Assembly (NCBI GenBank): GCA_963822585.1
Contig: CAWGIE010000007.1
Span: 32,001-96,000, forward strand
DNA length: 64,000 bases
Direction of reading: 5' to 3'
Source of the DNA: an uncultured bacterium
GTDB taxonomy: Bacteria; Auribacterota; Erginobacteria; Erginobacterales; Erginobacteraceae
Part shown: positions 1 through 10,206 of the stretch, piece by piece
How the letters are laid out: each line of letters starts with the position of its first letter
Position numbering within the stretch: position 1 is the first letter of the stretch
Made by a program: the position numbers and the translations under genes
The notes under the pieces: generated by a model
The model's database searches: none
The model's input: only the letters and a program-made list of their open reading frames with translations
What the model was told of the DNA's origin: nothing

Positions 1-261
1 ACTTACTGGCCGAACGGAAAGAAAAAAATCGAGCAGACCTACCGGAACGGGCGGTTGAACGGCAAGGAAATACACTGGTATTCCAACGGGGAGAAGGAAC
101 TGGAAGGAAGCTGGAAAGACGGCAAGCGCGACGGCTCCTGGACTACCTACGACCGGAACGGCAAGAAAAAAGAATCAAAGAGATACGAGATGGGCACGCT
201 CTCTTCCAAGGGCCGTTCCCACGGCGGAGGAGACGGCGATGGGGGTTCCGACTCGGATTAA
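1..261 (+). CDS. MORN-variant/YwqK-like repeat protein, C-terminal part (5' partial)
   Basis: Frame open from base 1; repeats YWPNGKKK, WYSNGEKELEGSWKDGKRDG, YDRNGKKK. Confidence 0.7.
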   Translation, partial: TYWPNGKKKIEQTYRNGRLNGKEIHWYSNGEKELEGSWKDGKRDGSWTTYDRNGKKKESKRYEMGTLSSKGRSHGGGDGDGGSDSD

Positions 262-273
262 TCCGGCAAAAAT

Positions 274-307
274 TCCTTACCCCTTACCCCTTACCCCTTA
301 CCCCTTA
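274..307. repeat. (CCCCTTA)n heptamer tandem repeat
   Basis: About 5 consecutive units between convergent genes. Confidence 0.85.
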
Positions 308-1132
308 TCCCTGTATTGTATGCACGTCACGCTGCGGGAAGGGGATTGAATAGCCGGCCGCTTCCAGCGCGGTCTTGGCCTTGGCGTAGAAGTCGTTGAG
401 GAGCGCTCCGTAGTCGTCGGGTTTGGTATAGACAAACATCTGGAAGTTGACGCTGGAATCGGCAAGCTCGCTCAGCCGGATGAAGGGGGCCGGATCTTTC
501 AGGATCCGGCCTTCCTCGTTGATCAGCTTCTGCAGCACCTCCCAGGCCTTGTTCTGATCGTCGCCATAGCTTATCCCCACCGTGAAGATCGCCCGGCGGA
601 ACGGGGCCTGGGTTAAATTGATGATTTTACTCCCCCAAACACTGGAATTCGGCAAATAGATAATCGGTCCGGCAAAATCTTTGATTTTGGTATTGATGAT
701 GGTCAAATCCATCACGTTCCCCATCGTCCCGCCGATATCGACCGTATCCCCGACCTTGAAGGGGCGATAGATCAGGATCAGGAGACCCGAGGCCAGGTTG
801 GAGAGCGAGTCCTTGAATGCGAACCCCAGGACCAATCCCCCGACCCCGATGCTGGCCACAAAGGGAGCGATCGAGATCCCCAGTTTCTCCAGGGCCATGA
901 TCCCGGCCAGAACCAGTATCGCCATTTTTGCCGACCGGGTGGCCAGGATGATCAATGTCTTCTCATTTTTTAATTTTCCCCGCAGGAAAAGACGGGGTAT
1001 AACCTTCCCGACGGCATGGGCGACAATCAGCCCGACTACGAAGATAACAAAAGCGTAGGCAACACAGGCCAACACTTCCGGACCGGTTTTCTGAAGCCAA
1101 GTCACGAACGCGTTCACGTGTTCAGTGGGCAT
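305..1132 (-). CDS. mscS: Small-conductance mechanosensitive channel
   Basis: GFAFKDSLSNLASGLLIL..RPFKVGD and IPFPQRDV motifs; GGAGG RBS before ATG 1132. Confidence 0.92.
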   Translation of the reverse strand: MPTEHVNAFVTWLQKTGPEVLACVAYAFVIFVVGLIVAHAVGKVIPRLFLRGKLKNEKTLIILATRSAKMAILVLAGIMALEKLGISIAPFVASIGVGGLVLGFAFKDSLSNLASGLLILIYRPFKVGDTVDIGGTMGNVMDLTIINTKIKDFAGPIIYLPNSSVWGSKIINLTQAPFRRAIFTVGISYGDDQNKAWEVLQKLINEEGRILKDPAPFIRLSELADSSVNFQMFVYTKPDDYGALLNDFYAKAKTALEAAGYSIPFPQRDVHTIQG

Positions 1133-1326
1133 GGTACCTCCCTCCATATAACTCAGTCCTCTCGCGGTCCACTCAGATAAAATCAGGTCCCGGTAAAAGA
1201 GGAGCGATGGAGTATTGGAGTGCTGTATACCCCGTCCCCCATCACTCCGTCATTCTATCACTCCAATATTTCATTATTCAATTTTTTCTTTTTCCGATTG
1301 CTTTTTCAATGCGCCGGCCCGGGGGA

Positions 1327-2214
1327 TTATAGCCAGGTCTTGTACAGCGTCCAGACCCCGAGAACAGTGACCAGGACGCCGAGGCAGGGGCGCATCTTTT
1401 TCTCCGGAAATTTTTTTGTGATCATGGCTCCCAGCGGAGTCGCCATCACCGAACCGGCCAGGAGAGGAATGAAGACAATCCACTCCCTGACGATAGCATC
1501 CGATCCTTTCAGGAAACAATAAGCAATGAAACCGATGATGCAGATCGGTGCCTCGGCGGCGGTGGTTACCCCGATCGCGCGCTTATGGCCATGTCCGGCG
1601 ATGATCTGACCGGCGGTGACCACCGGCCCGAAGCCGCCCCCCGACATGCCCTTGTTGAAGGAGCTGAGTATCCCCACCCCGATCATCTTCCGCCACGAGA
1701 AGCGAAAACGCAGCCGGGAGAGGAGGATGAGCCCCATGGCGAGTACCAGTGCCCCGATATAAGTTTTCAGCGCTTTCCGGGAGATCTCCGTAGCCAGGAT
1801 GGCCGCCCCGACAACAGCCACGATCCCCAGAACGGTGATTAAGATAACAATTCTGCCGTCGCGGGAGTGCCGGCTCAGGCTGACATTTTCAAAGCGGTGA
1901 TGAAAAATGGACGCGGTGAAACCTCCGAAGGATTGCGAGATAAGAATGGAGGGGACGACCACCAGGGGGGGGAACCCCATCAGGATCAGTACTGGGGAGA
2001 GGATGGTCCCGTACCCCATGCCCAGCGATGAATCGATCATCTCGGCCACGAAGGCCATCGCCATGAGAAGAAAGAACATCCCGGAAAAGCCGGCATTCCC
2101 GCCGTGTGTTTTTCCGTACGACCTCGCGGTTTCCGGGGAGAAGGCAAGGTACGCGCTGACAATGAGAAGTATCAGGCAGAATACCGCGTAGTAGAGTAAG
2201 CCCCTTTTCACCAT
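1327..2214 (-). CDS. Sulfite exporter TauE/SafE family membrane protein
   Basis: DSSLGMGYG and NKGMSGGGFGP repeats, multi-TM; start uncertain. Confidence 0.8.
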   Translation of the reverse strand: MVKRGLLYYAVFCLILLIVSAYLAFSPETARSYGKTHGGNAGFSGMFFLLMAMAFVAEMIDSSLGMGYGTILSPVLILMGFPPLVVVPSILISQSFGGFTASIFHHRFENVSLSRHSRDGRIVILITVLGIVAVVGAAILATEISRKALKTYIGALVLAMGLILLSRLRFRFSWRKMIGVGILSSFNKGMSGGGFGPVVTAGQIIAGHGHKRAIGVTTAAEAPICIIGFIAYCFLKGSDAIVREWIVFIPLLAGSVMATPLGAMITKKFPEKKMRPCLGVLVTVLGVWTLYKTWL

Positions 2215-2355
2215 GTATGTTTTTAACAAAGATCGTTATGATTGCATTGAGGCAATACCTGTAACTTGAAATACTTCTGCAGTGTTGCTTCAATGCTTGC
2301 ACATTCTTATTTTTCCGCCCCGCCCCGAAGTTTTCATCGGGGAAGAAAAATAAGA

Positions 2356-2580
2356 TTAGAGATAGCCGAGTTGACGGAGCTTTTCCTTTATCTGCTCGAT
2401 TTCCCGCCGGTCCCAGACCCGTTCGGCCCCCGAAGCCAGTTTCGGTGTTGAAGCGATATCGCGGAGAATATACACGATAAAATCGGTTACCGAATCGAAT
2501 CCGGAATCTTCTATCAGGATCTTGAGATTATTGTAGAGGTTCCTCGGGATCTTGATCGTCGCCTTGTTGTCTTTTTTCAT
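2356..2580 (-). CDS. CopG/ribbon-helix-helix family regulator
   Basis: TIKIPRNLY..GFDSVTDFIVYILR..IKEKLRQLGYL; upstream TTGACC-N17-TAGTCT promoter. Confidence 0.75.
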   Translation of the reverse strand: MKKDNKATIKIPRNLYNNLKILIEDSGFDSVTDFIVYILRDIASTPKLASGAERVWDRREIEQIKEKLRQLGYL

Positions 2581-2673
2581 GATAAATCCTCCAGCACTCT
2601 TATATGAGTGCAGACTAATCCAACCGCCGGTAACGGTCAAGGGAAGAATAACGAATAAAGTTATCAGTGGCCG

Positions 2674-2698
2674 GCGCAGGCTGAAGCCTGCGGCTACC
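2674..2698. repeat. GTAG-type REP-like hairpin
   Basis: GCGCAGGCTGAAGCCTGCGGCTAC; related copies near 5625-5662, 15948-15970, 32311-32333, 50817-50867. Confidence 0.7.
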
Positions 2699-2831
2699 TA
2701 ACGGGACGAGGCACGGCTCAATCAGAGTCCCCGCAAAGTGCCTTCGGCACCGCGGGGTAAAAATCTGTGAAAACTTGTGGTGAGCGAAGTCGAATCCATC
2801 TGTGGACCAAAAAGGGACCGCGGAGGGGGAA

Positions 2832-3404
2832 CTATGCGCTTGCTTCCCGGAGCGCGCGGGCGCGCCGTTCGCGATCCAGCTCGGCTTCTTTCGCCAGTAC
2901 CCTCTGCATCGGGGGGGGGATCTCCATATCCTTCAGGGCGACAAATTCTATCTTCAGCCCCCAGGGAGCCGTGATCTCTTCGATAATCTGCCGGGCGGCC
3001 CGGTTGAGAGTGCCGCGGTCTTTGAGGACCTCGTCCAGGCAGTGCTGGCCGATCACGTTCCTCAGAATGGTCAGGGCTGCCTGGTAGGCTGCTGTCTGGT
3101 AGTCTTTAATAGCGATGATAGCTTTCCCTGGGTCCAGCACCCGGTAATAAAGGACGGCGTTTATTCTGACAATGACGCTGTCCCGGGTCACTGCTTCCTG
3201 AGTCTCGAGGTCCACTGTGATTGTCCGGATGTCCACGCGCACTTTCTGGTCGATCAGGGGGATGATCCAGTAGAGCCCGGGACCTTTGATCCGCCGGAAA
3301 CGCCCCAGGCGAAAGATGACGCTTCGCTGATACTCCCGGTCCATGCGCAGACCGGCCAGAATCACCAGCAGAATAACACCGATCCCGATCAACACGAATA
3401 TCAT
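2832..3404 (-). CDS. SPFH/stomatin-like (band 7) protein
   Basis: EYQRSVIFRLGR..GPGL..IIPLID..VDIR, QEAVTRDSV, AEL.RERRA. Confidence 0.9.
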   Translation of the reverse strand: MIFVLIGIGVILLVILAGLRMDREYQRSVIFRLGRFRRIKGPGLYWIIPLIDQKVRVDIRTITVDLETQEAVTRDSVIVRINAVLYYRVLDPGKAIIAIKDYQTAAYQAALTILRNVIGQHCLDEVLKDRGTLNRAARQIIEEITAPWGLKIEFVALKDMEIPPPMQRVLAKEAELDRERRARALREASA

Positions 3405-3544
3405 CAATGGCCTCCTTTTTAATCCACCAGCGCCGGGCCGGGATAGCGGGCTCCCGGTCACCAGGCGGTATTCCCGTCAGGATATAAACAATATACTATG
3501 CCGATTACTTATCCGCAACTTCCCGGCCGGCCGGGGATGTCATT

Positions 3545-4480
3545 TTACTCCCTGCCGAAATGGCCCAGAACCCGCAAGGCCCGCAGGGTATTCCATCGGC
3601 TGGGGCGCCCCGTTTTCTCCATCTCAAAATGAACCTGGCCCGGGTGCTTCATCTGTAACGGCCAGCGGCCGTCTTGGCGCCGTTTTGCCAGCAGGACCTC
3701 CATCGCGTCGCCCATTCTTTCATCGTATCCGGCCCCCGCGGCCCGGAAATAATCCAGCGCCCGCAGGATATCGTATCTCCACCGGTGAGGGTAGGAGAGG
3801 AGGAGCATCTTGCGGTCGATGATTTCACCGGTACGGTGAGATCGAAAAAGCCGGTGTTCCAGAATGAATTCCTCCCCCTCCCTGCGAGCGGATTCGATCT
3901 CCCCTATCCGGTAACCGCCTCCCCGTTGACCGTATTCGAGAAATCCCTCCAGCACACTGACGGTTGTATGCAGGGAACTGTGGCGGGCGCCGTTGACCCA
4001 CTGACAGTTCCATCCCCCGTCGTCCATCTGTGTTCGGAGCAGGCAATCAATCAGGGAATTCAATTCTTTGCCGGTAAACCCAAAATAGGAAGCGATGCCG
4101 GCCACCATGCCGTTGATGCACACGTCGCTCCGCTTGAGTGTCCGGGAATAATTGACCCCGCCGTCCTGCTCCATGGTTTCGGCGAATATCTTCCGGATGA
4201 TTTTCCCGGCATTCTTATTGTCCCGCGGAAGCCCGATGTTCTTGAGGTCGAGGAGGGTATAGTGAGTCGATGTCCATTTCGGCTGGTAGAATCCTCTCCC
4301 CCAATGCCCGTCCTCCCGCTGGAGGCGGAGAAACCGTCTCCCCCATCCCTCGGTGGTGATCCGTTTTTGCAGATCCGGGCATGTAACGCGGCCGGAATGC
4401 AGCAAATCCCGGTGGACCTGGTACTGGATCGAGACATCGCCGTCGAGAAGCCAGCCGATAATTTTCTTCTCTCCGGTCAT
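3545..4480 (-). CDS. Conserved hypothetical protein, prenyltransferase/squalene-cyclase-like alpha barrel
   Basis: QREDGHW, QMDDGGWNC, YP.RWRYDILRAL, PSRWNTLRALRVL. Confidence 0.65.
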   Translation of the reverse strand: MTGEKKIIGWLLDGDVSIQYQVHRDLLHSGRVTCPDLQKRITTEGWGRRFLRLQREDGHWGRGFYQPKWTSTHYTLLDLKNIGLPRDNKNAGKIIRKIFAETMEQDGGVNYSRTLKRSDVCINGMVAGIASYFGFTGKELNSLIDCLLRTQMDDGGWNCQWVNGARHSSLHTTVSVLEGFLEYGQRGGGYRIGEIESARREGEEFILEHRLFRSHRTGEIIDRKMLLLSYPHRWRYDILRALDYFRAAGAGYDERMGDAMEVLLAKRRQDGRWPLQMKHPGQVHFEMEKTGRPSRWNTLRALRVLGHFGRE

Positions 4481-4531
4481 TTACTTCGTTTTCCTTTTTG
4501 TGCTTTTAGGACGTTCATTGAATTGGTAGCC

Positions 4532-5624
4532 GTTCGAGTAGGCTGGGGCCTCCCCTGACTACAGGATGAAGTTTGTTTTCTCCGTTTGCCGCCTGGTTTC
4601 CCGGCGGTGCCCCAATATCTCATCCATACCAGAGTTGTTCCCCAGCCCCTCACAGAACCGGACAAGCGGCTTTCCCACATCCGGCTCCTCGGTTTGCCAT
4701 TCAGTAAGCCTCCGCTCTACGACACGGGTTCAGGTCTTTGCGGATACCCGCTCTCGGCCAGTCCAACCATTGTAAAACCTGATTGAACCCTTCCCAGGTA
4801 TATCCCTTCCGCTGGCTTTTGCGGTTAAGCCAGTTGAACAGTATCCTGTTTGCGTAAAAGATATACCTGCCGCAATGCTTCGCGTTATCCGTGATGGCGT
4901 AGTAGTTCAGGTGCCCGTTAATGCGGACTTTGGCCTGGCGTAACATCTCCACCTTCCTCAGCCTGTTCCGGGCCTTCATTGCCCAGCTCGTAAACCTATG
5001 CAGACTATCCCCGAACTTCTTGCGGCTCGTGCGGCGTTTCACCTTGAAGTAGCCATTCCTGGTCTTCCCGCAATAATGGGTAAAACCCAGAAAGGTGAAC
5101 TCCTCCGGCTTCCCGCCTCGTTTATTAGCATCTTCACGAGCATATCGTCCAAACTCGATACACCGAGTCTTTCCCTTGGCCAGTCTCAACCCGAACTTAT
5201 TCAATCGGTCCGGCAACTGCTGCAGAAACGCCTCGGCATCGTCTCGATATTGGAAACACGCAAGAAAGTCATCGGCGAAGCGAAAATAATATGCCCCGCC
5301 CCGGAAATGTTTCCCGGCTTTGTACCTGAACCACAGATCCAGCACATAATGGAGGTAAATGTTGGACAGCAGCGGCGATAATATCGACCCTTGCGACGTC
5401 CCGGTCTCCGTTGCTCTGACCAGTCCGTCTTCCATGATCCCGCCCTTCAGCATCCGGCTTATCAGTCTGATGATCCGGGGGTCTCCAATCCGATATTGTA
5501 GAAACGTGATCATCCATTCGCGATTGACCTTGTCGAAGAATCTTTCAATGTCGGCCTCAACCACATATTTGACCCGCTTCTGTTGGATCGTCCTCCCTAA
5601 ATCATGCAGCATTGCCAGGTTACC
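4532..5624 (-). mobile_element. 5'-truncated group II intron (RT/maturase fragment plus domains V-VI)
   Basis: DV GAGCCGGATGTGGGAAAGCCGCTTGTCCGGTTC; 3' end CCTACTCGAAC; flanks rejoin to a REP hairpin. Confidence 0.85.
4701..5612 (-). pseudogene. Group II intron reverse transcriptase/maturase, N-terminally truncated
   Basis: ADIERFFD, GTSQGSILSPLLSNIYL, YFRFADDF, FLGF, domain X; RT0-RT2 missing. Confidence 0.88.
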
Positions 5625-5667
5625 CAGGCTTTAGCCTGCGCACCCTAAAGGGTGCGGCTACCTAAAA

Positions 5668-5997
5668 TTAACGAGAAGGATAATAAACGGCCAGCCAGAT
5701 AGTCTCCCGGCCGGGTGCCGTCCGGACGACCCGGTGCCGCTTGTGCGCGGGGATCGTCAGGTAATCCCCCATCCCCATTTTCACGGTCTCATTCCCTTCC
5801 TCGAAGAGGAGTTCCGCCTCGCCGCTCACCAGGAACACGAATTCATCCTCCTCCTGGTCGTACCAGAATCCCTCCGGCGAGCGGTGTCCCCGGGAAACGA
5901 TCCTCTCGATACGAACTTTTTTGTTGCCGGAAATAATTTCGACCAGTTCGTCGGATAGCTCTCGGGGTATATCGGATTGAATATTCCCTTTTATCAT
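5668..5997 (-). CDS. Cupin domain protein
   Basis: RIERIVSRGH.SPEGFWYDQEEDE; IPAHKRHRV; IWLAV. Confidence 0.85.
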   Translation of the reverse strand: MIKGNIQSDIPRELSDELVEIISGNKKVRIERIVSRGHRSPEGFWYDQEEDEFVFLVSGEAELLFEEGNETVKMGMGDYLTIPAHKRHRVVRTAPGRETIWLAVYYPSR

Positions 5998-6094
5998 TGG
6001 AAGTATTGTTATGTGTTGACGGGGAAATAGAGTATAATATGTACTCACTTTAATTCACACCATTATCGCGCAACCACCGCGGGAGGTGAATACG

Positions 6095-6208
6095 ATGGCC
6101 AAGACCAGAGATACCAAAAAAGACGCCAAGAAGAAACCCCAGAAGACGATGAAAGAAAGGCGTCAGGAGAAACGGGAGAAAAAAGAGAAAAAATATTCCT
6201 ACTCCTGA
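6095..6208 (+). CDS. Small basic Lys-rich protein (37 aa)
   Basis: GGAGGTG RBS then MAKTRDTKKDAKKKPQKTMKERRQEKREKKEKKYSYS; below ORF-track cutoff. Confidence 0.65.
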   Translation: MAKTRDTKKDAKKKPQKTMKERRQEKREKKEKKYSYS

Positions 6209-6330
6209 TACTTCCGGTACCAGGAGAATCAAAACAACCTCCGGAACAGCGAGAGGAGGTTGCGCGAATACGACGATCCCCGATGTTTTTTACGCTGCTC
6301 AAGATATACGGGAATCGACGCGGCAGCGGT

Positions 6331-7002
6331 TCAGAACAGGGAGTAGACAGTGCTTGCTCCGGCTTGTTTTGTGATAATAATCGCCCCCTCTCCGACAAAA
6401 GCGCATTCCGCCCGCCAGCGGTCGGCCAGCCATTGGAAAGTCTCCGGGCGGAAAAAGCACACGTGCGTGGGATCGCCAATGTAGTGCCAGCAGGCGAACT
6501 TATCTATTCCCGGAGCCAGGCCGGTCATCACCCCCAGGATTCCCCCCGGCTTCAGGCAGCTCCATAACCGGGCCAGTTCCCGCCCGGGGTGATGCAGGTG
6601 TTCCAGCACCTCGGTGGCGGTGATGAAATCATACTCTCCTTCCAACGCGGAGGGGTTCGGGGCATAAAAAGGATCATAGAGGACCACGCTGTGTCCCGCT
6701 TCTTCGAACAGGGCCGAGAGTGTCGGTCCCGGTCCGGACCCGAAATCAAGACCCCGGCTGCCCGGCGCCAGGCGAGCCTGGAGGGGGAGGAAGAGGCGGC
6801 TCAGGAACCGCCGGTACCCCGGATCCTCCGGATTATTCTGATGCAGGTCATACCGGGCTTTCTCCTCTCCCCCGGTAGGAAGCTGATTGGGGGGAATAAA
6901 AATCAGGCCGCAGTCACGGCACCGGTGATAGTCACGCCGGGGACCGGAATAAAATCTCTCCGATTTTTTCCCTCCGCATAACGGGCAATCCGGGTTTTTC
7001 AT
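6331..7002 (-). CDS. Class I SAM methyltransferase with N-terminal zinc ribbon
   Basis: CPLC..CRDC; LDFGSGPG; TEVLEHL; ATGA overlap with upstream gene. Confidence 0.85.
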   Translation of the reverse strand: MKNPDCPLCGGKKSERFYSGPRRDYHRCRDCGLIFIPPNQLPTGGEEKARYDLHQNNPEDPGYRRFLSRLFLPLQARLAPGSRGLDFGSGPGPTLSALFEEAGHSVVLYDPFYAPNPSALEGEYDFITATEVLEHLHHPGRELARLWSCLKPGGILGVMTGLAPGIDKFACWHYIGDPTHVCFFRPETFQWLADRWRAECAFVGEGAIIITKQAGASTVYSLF

Positions 7003-7805
7003 TCCGCCTGTCGTCCCCGGCCCGGGAAAGGCGCGGCATCCGTCTTCTCGACGGCCCGTCTCACCCATTCCCGGGAGGGATTACAGACAATATAAAGAAC
7101 GGGGGCCAGCAATATCGATAACCCCGCCAGTATCTTGCTGAACGTATTGGTCCCTTCGTCCGTGAACGGGTTATAGCCATGGGTGTAGAGGAGGAGGAAG
7201 ATGATACAGAGCGATCCCCCCAGCAGGACCCTCCGGCCGGCCGTTGTCCGGATCGGGGCGAAGACATAGATCCTGATCATCGTATACCGCAGAAGCCGGT
7301 AGAGACACATGAAGACCAGAATGGTCCCGGGGATAAAGACCAGCCAGGGCGAGATGCCCAGACCGTGAACAAACCTCCCGATATCGCCCTCGCTGGAGAA
7401 GGTGTCCAGGGGGATGTATCCGAAGATGGCCATCATGTTGAGGACGCAGGACCAGAAGAAGGCGGAGAGGACCCATGGATTCCTGACGCCGTATCTCCGG
7501 TTGAGCGAAAAGAGGGAAAAGAAAAAGAGGATGGCGGTGACCGTGAAACCGCTGATCCCGATCAGCGCCGCCCGGAGGCCCTGGCCCGCGGCCAGGATAT
7601 CGTCGTAGGGAACGGCCTCGTCCGCGTGGAGGAGAAAACAGCCGCCGTAGCGGATGGTAAAAGGGCTCGGTTTATAGCCGAAGAGCCAGGCGGTGGTTCC
7701 ATGTCCCCATTCATGAAGAAGGACGATGGCGTAATAGACAAGCGGCAGGGAGATGACCAGGGCCAGAAAAACCGTCAAAGATTTTCTTTCCTTCGCCGCC
7801 ATCAC
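6999..7805 (-). CDS. M50-like membrane metallopeptidase
   Basis: HEWGH motif, downstream GD, multiple TM segments. Confidence 0.6.
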   Translation of the reverse strand: MMAAKERKSLTVFLALVISLPLVYYAIVLLHEWGHGTTAWLFGYKPSPFTIRYGGCFLLHADEAVPYDDILAAGQGLRAALIGISGFTVTAILFFFSLFSLNRRYGVRNPWVLSAFFWSCVLNMMAIFGYIPLDTFSSEGDIGRFVHGLGISPWLVFIPGTILVFMCLYRLLRYTMIRIYVFAPIRTTAGRRVLLGGSLCIIFLLLYTHGYNPFTDEGTNTFSKILAGLSILLAPVLYIVCNPSREWVRRAVEKTDAAPFPGRGRQAE

Positions 7806-7887
7806 GGTTCCTTCTCCGGGTTATCTCGTATCACGCGGTAATGGAAGCGAGGTGCCCACCCGGTTCATCCCGGATATCCTCGCTTGA

Positions 7888-8343
7888 TCATAATTTTAGC
7901 TCGGGATGGTCTTTCAGAATTTTATTCGTGATCAACGCAACCAATTCTTTCGACTGCTGCAGGGTGTTCCGGAGTTCTCTGGAAGACATCGAGAAAATTG
8001 CCTGGTACTCGAATTTGTTCCTCGTTCTCCGCAGTCTATCGTATGAGGTGAGCAGGCCTTCCGTCTTTTTCCCGAGTGTTCGTCTTACTCCTTCCAATAC
8101 TCCCGCATGTTGTCTGCGATCTCCAGGTCGAAATCCCTGGAGTCGTAAAAGAGCATTGGCCGCGTGAAAGATGCTTTAATAAATAAGATCCATGGCCGCG
8201 GCCTCGTCATGTGTTAACAGCAATTCCGCCGTTCGGAGATCCCGGGCGGCGCGTTTTAAAAGACGCTCGGCCTGATCGGACCCGTTCCCGGCAACCGGTT
8301 TAAGCTGGCTGCTTCTTATTAAGTCTTCGTAATTCCCGCTCAT
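7888..8343 (-). pseudogene. HEPN-domain toxin with one premature stop
   Basis: RAARDLRTA..Y*SIFHAANALL..RRTRNKFEY; in-frame TAA at 8176-8178; overlaps MNT gene. Confidence 0.8.
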
Positions 8344-8908
8344 TGCCCTTGAGAATAATCATTGGTGATGAAAGCACATTCTCCACAAAACTCTCCCGTC
8401 GGCGAGCCTTTTCCGCCCATTCCTCTATCGGGTAATAGTTCCAGTTAATCTCCCGGTTGAGCGTATGTTCCAGAGCCGCTATCTTATTTTGAAGACCGGC
8501 AACATCACATTCCGGATCTTGAACGAGAAGCATGAGATCGACATCCGAATCCATGGAAGCGGAGGCGGAAGCAAACGAACCATAGATAAACGCAAAAGAA
8601 ACGTCTGGTTCGGATTCGAATATTTTTTTCAATTGCTCGGGGAGACCAATGGTCTTTAATACTACTCCCTTGAATTCTTCATAAAGCCCATATTCTTTAT
8701 TGAGCGAGAAAAATTTCTGGCGGCCAATTTCTTCAACCCGGAAGAATCCATCACCGGAAAGCCGCTTGAGTTCACGCGAGAGATTTCCCGGGTCTTCGTT
8801 GAGGCGTCCGGCCAGATCGCGGAGATGGATCCTGGTTTCCGGGTTGGTAAAAAAGTAGACCAGCAGCTTGGCCCGGAGCTTTGATCTGGATATATCCAAT
8901 GCTCTCAT
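8300..8908 (-). CDS. HTH plus minimal nucleotidyltransferase (MNT antitoxin)
   Basis: N-terminal wHTH; YGSFA..SDVDL motif. Confidence 0.85.
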   Translation of the reverse strand: MRALDISRSKLRAKLLVYFFTNPETRIHLRDLAGRLNEDPGNLSRELKRLSGDGFFRVEEIGRQKFFSLNKEYGLYEEFKGVVLKTIGLPEQLKKIFESEPDVSFAFIYGSFASASASMDSDVDLMLLVQDPECDVAGLQNKIAALEHTLNREINWNYYPIEEWAEKARRRESFVENVLSSPMIILKGNERELRRLNKKQPA

Positions 8909-8951
8909 TGTTGTAATATTTTACAACATTTGTTGTATTATTCAACAACAA
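8908..8951. promoter_or_regulatory. Tandem palindromic operator upstream of MNT-HEPN
   Basis: TGTTGTAATATTTTACAACA followed by TGTTGTATTATTCAACAACA. Confidence 0.6.
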
Positions 8952-9202
8952 TTACATACTCACTATGGCACCATCCTGATCGATAATAGCCAACGATAAC
9001 CCCGGTGAATATTCCAACCGACTGAAGTGGTCACAATTTGCGTCCACCTCATGTCTATTAGTCGTCCGGAGATGTAATTTTATTCCTTATTATTACGGAA
9101 AATGTGAAGGATAAATGATGGAATGGATATCAGAAACACAATGGAGGATGCCGGGAAAAATGGATAATGAGCATCGAACGAAGACGAAGGTCCGGATGCG
9201 CC

Positions 9203-9967
9203 TTATCGTATAATCTGATAGCGCAACCGGACCCGACCTCCCGGTTCCCCCCGGGCGGAGAGCAACTCAAGACGGGTGGGCTGTTCATCCGGCTGGAGGT
9301 CGGGGGAGACGAAGAGATAGGGCGTCTTGTTCCCTCCGATCAGGGCCGGCAGAAGGATCAGGCTGACCTCATCCACCAGTCCGGCCCGGAGCAGGGCTCC
9401 GTTAAGACGGCTCCCCGCCGTGGAGACGACACAATCCACCCCCAGCTTGGTCTTCAGCTTCTCCATCACCCCCTTCAGATCGACCTGCTTCTCCCCGGCG
9501 ATCAGGTAGGGGATCTCCGACCGGCGGAGGAAGGCCAGGTACTCCGCCGGCGCCCCGCGCGCCGTCAGGTGGAGCGTGTGCCAGCCTTCCCAGCCCGGGA
9601 ACTCCTTCATCCCGCTCCGCAGTCGCCCGCGGCCGTCCACGGCGGCGAACCACCCCTTATGATCGGGACGCTTAACAACGGAATCGGGGAGGAAATCCCG
9701 GTATAGCTCATCGGGATCGAACTCGTTCGGAGGCAACGGAGTCAATTCATCGCCTTCCTTGACGAACGAACCGCTCCCCTCCAGGAAAGCTCCCGGGTGG
9801 TAGAGGGAGATCAGTTCCCGGACGCCGTCTTCAAGCGTGGTCTCCGCGGACCAGATCGCCTGCCATCTTTCGTCGCCCACGTCCTCGAACCCCGTCCGGG
9901 CCGGGCCCAGCGAGACCCTCCCGTCCACCGAGGCGATGGTGTGTACTATTACCTCCGGTCTTTCCAT
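9203..9967 (-). CDS. RibD C-terminal/dihydrofolate-reductase-fold protein
   Basis: HTIASVDGR, VDGRGRL, AGSRLNGALLRAGLVDEVS. Confidence 0.85.
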   Translation of the reverse strand: MERPEVIVHTIASVDGRVSLGPARTGFEDVGDERWQAIWSAETTLEDGVRELISLYHPGAFLEGSGSFVKEGDELTPLPPNEFDPDELYRDFLPDSVVKRPDHKGWFAAVDGRGRLRSGMKEFPGWEGWHTLHLTARGAPAEYLAFLRRSEIPYLIAGEKQVDLKGVMEKLKTKLGVDCVVSTAGSRLNGALLRAGLVDEVSLILLPALIGGNKTPYLFVSPDLQPDEQPTRLELLSARGEPGGRVRLRYQIIR

Positions 9968-10206
9968 TTTCGGTCCTCTCCTATTTAGTGTGGGGAAATT
10001 TTACTGAACGCCCTCTTAAAAAATATTAAGACCTCCCTCTCCCCTTCAGGGGAGAGGGGCGGGGTGAGGGGTTTCCCCACTACCCCCCTCACCTGAGACC
10101 TCCCTCCGTTGAGGAAGGAAGATTAAGTAGTGGTACATTTACGGGCCAGAAATATTCCATTAGACATTTTATTTCGATCGAAATAAAGTGTCTAATTTTA
10201 TCACCG

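Noticed and set aside
274..307. Telomere-like (CCCCTTA)n
   Set aside because: Internal, about 5 units; fits the local heptamer-arm families.
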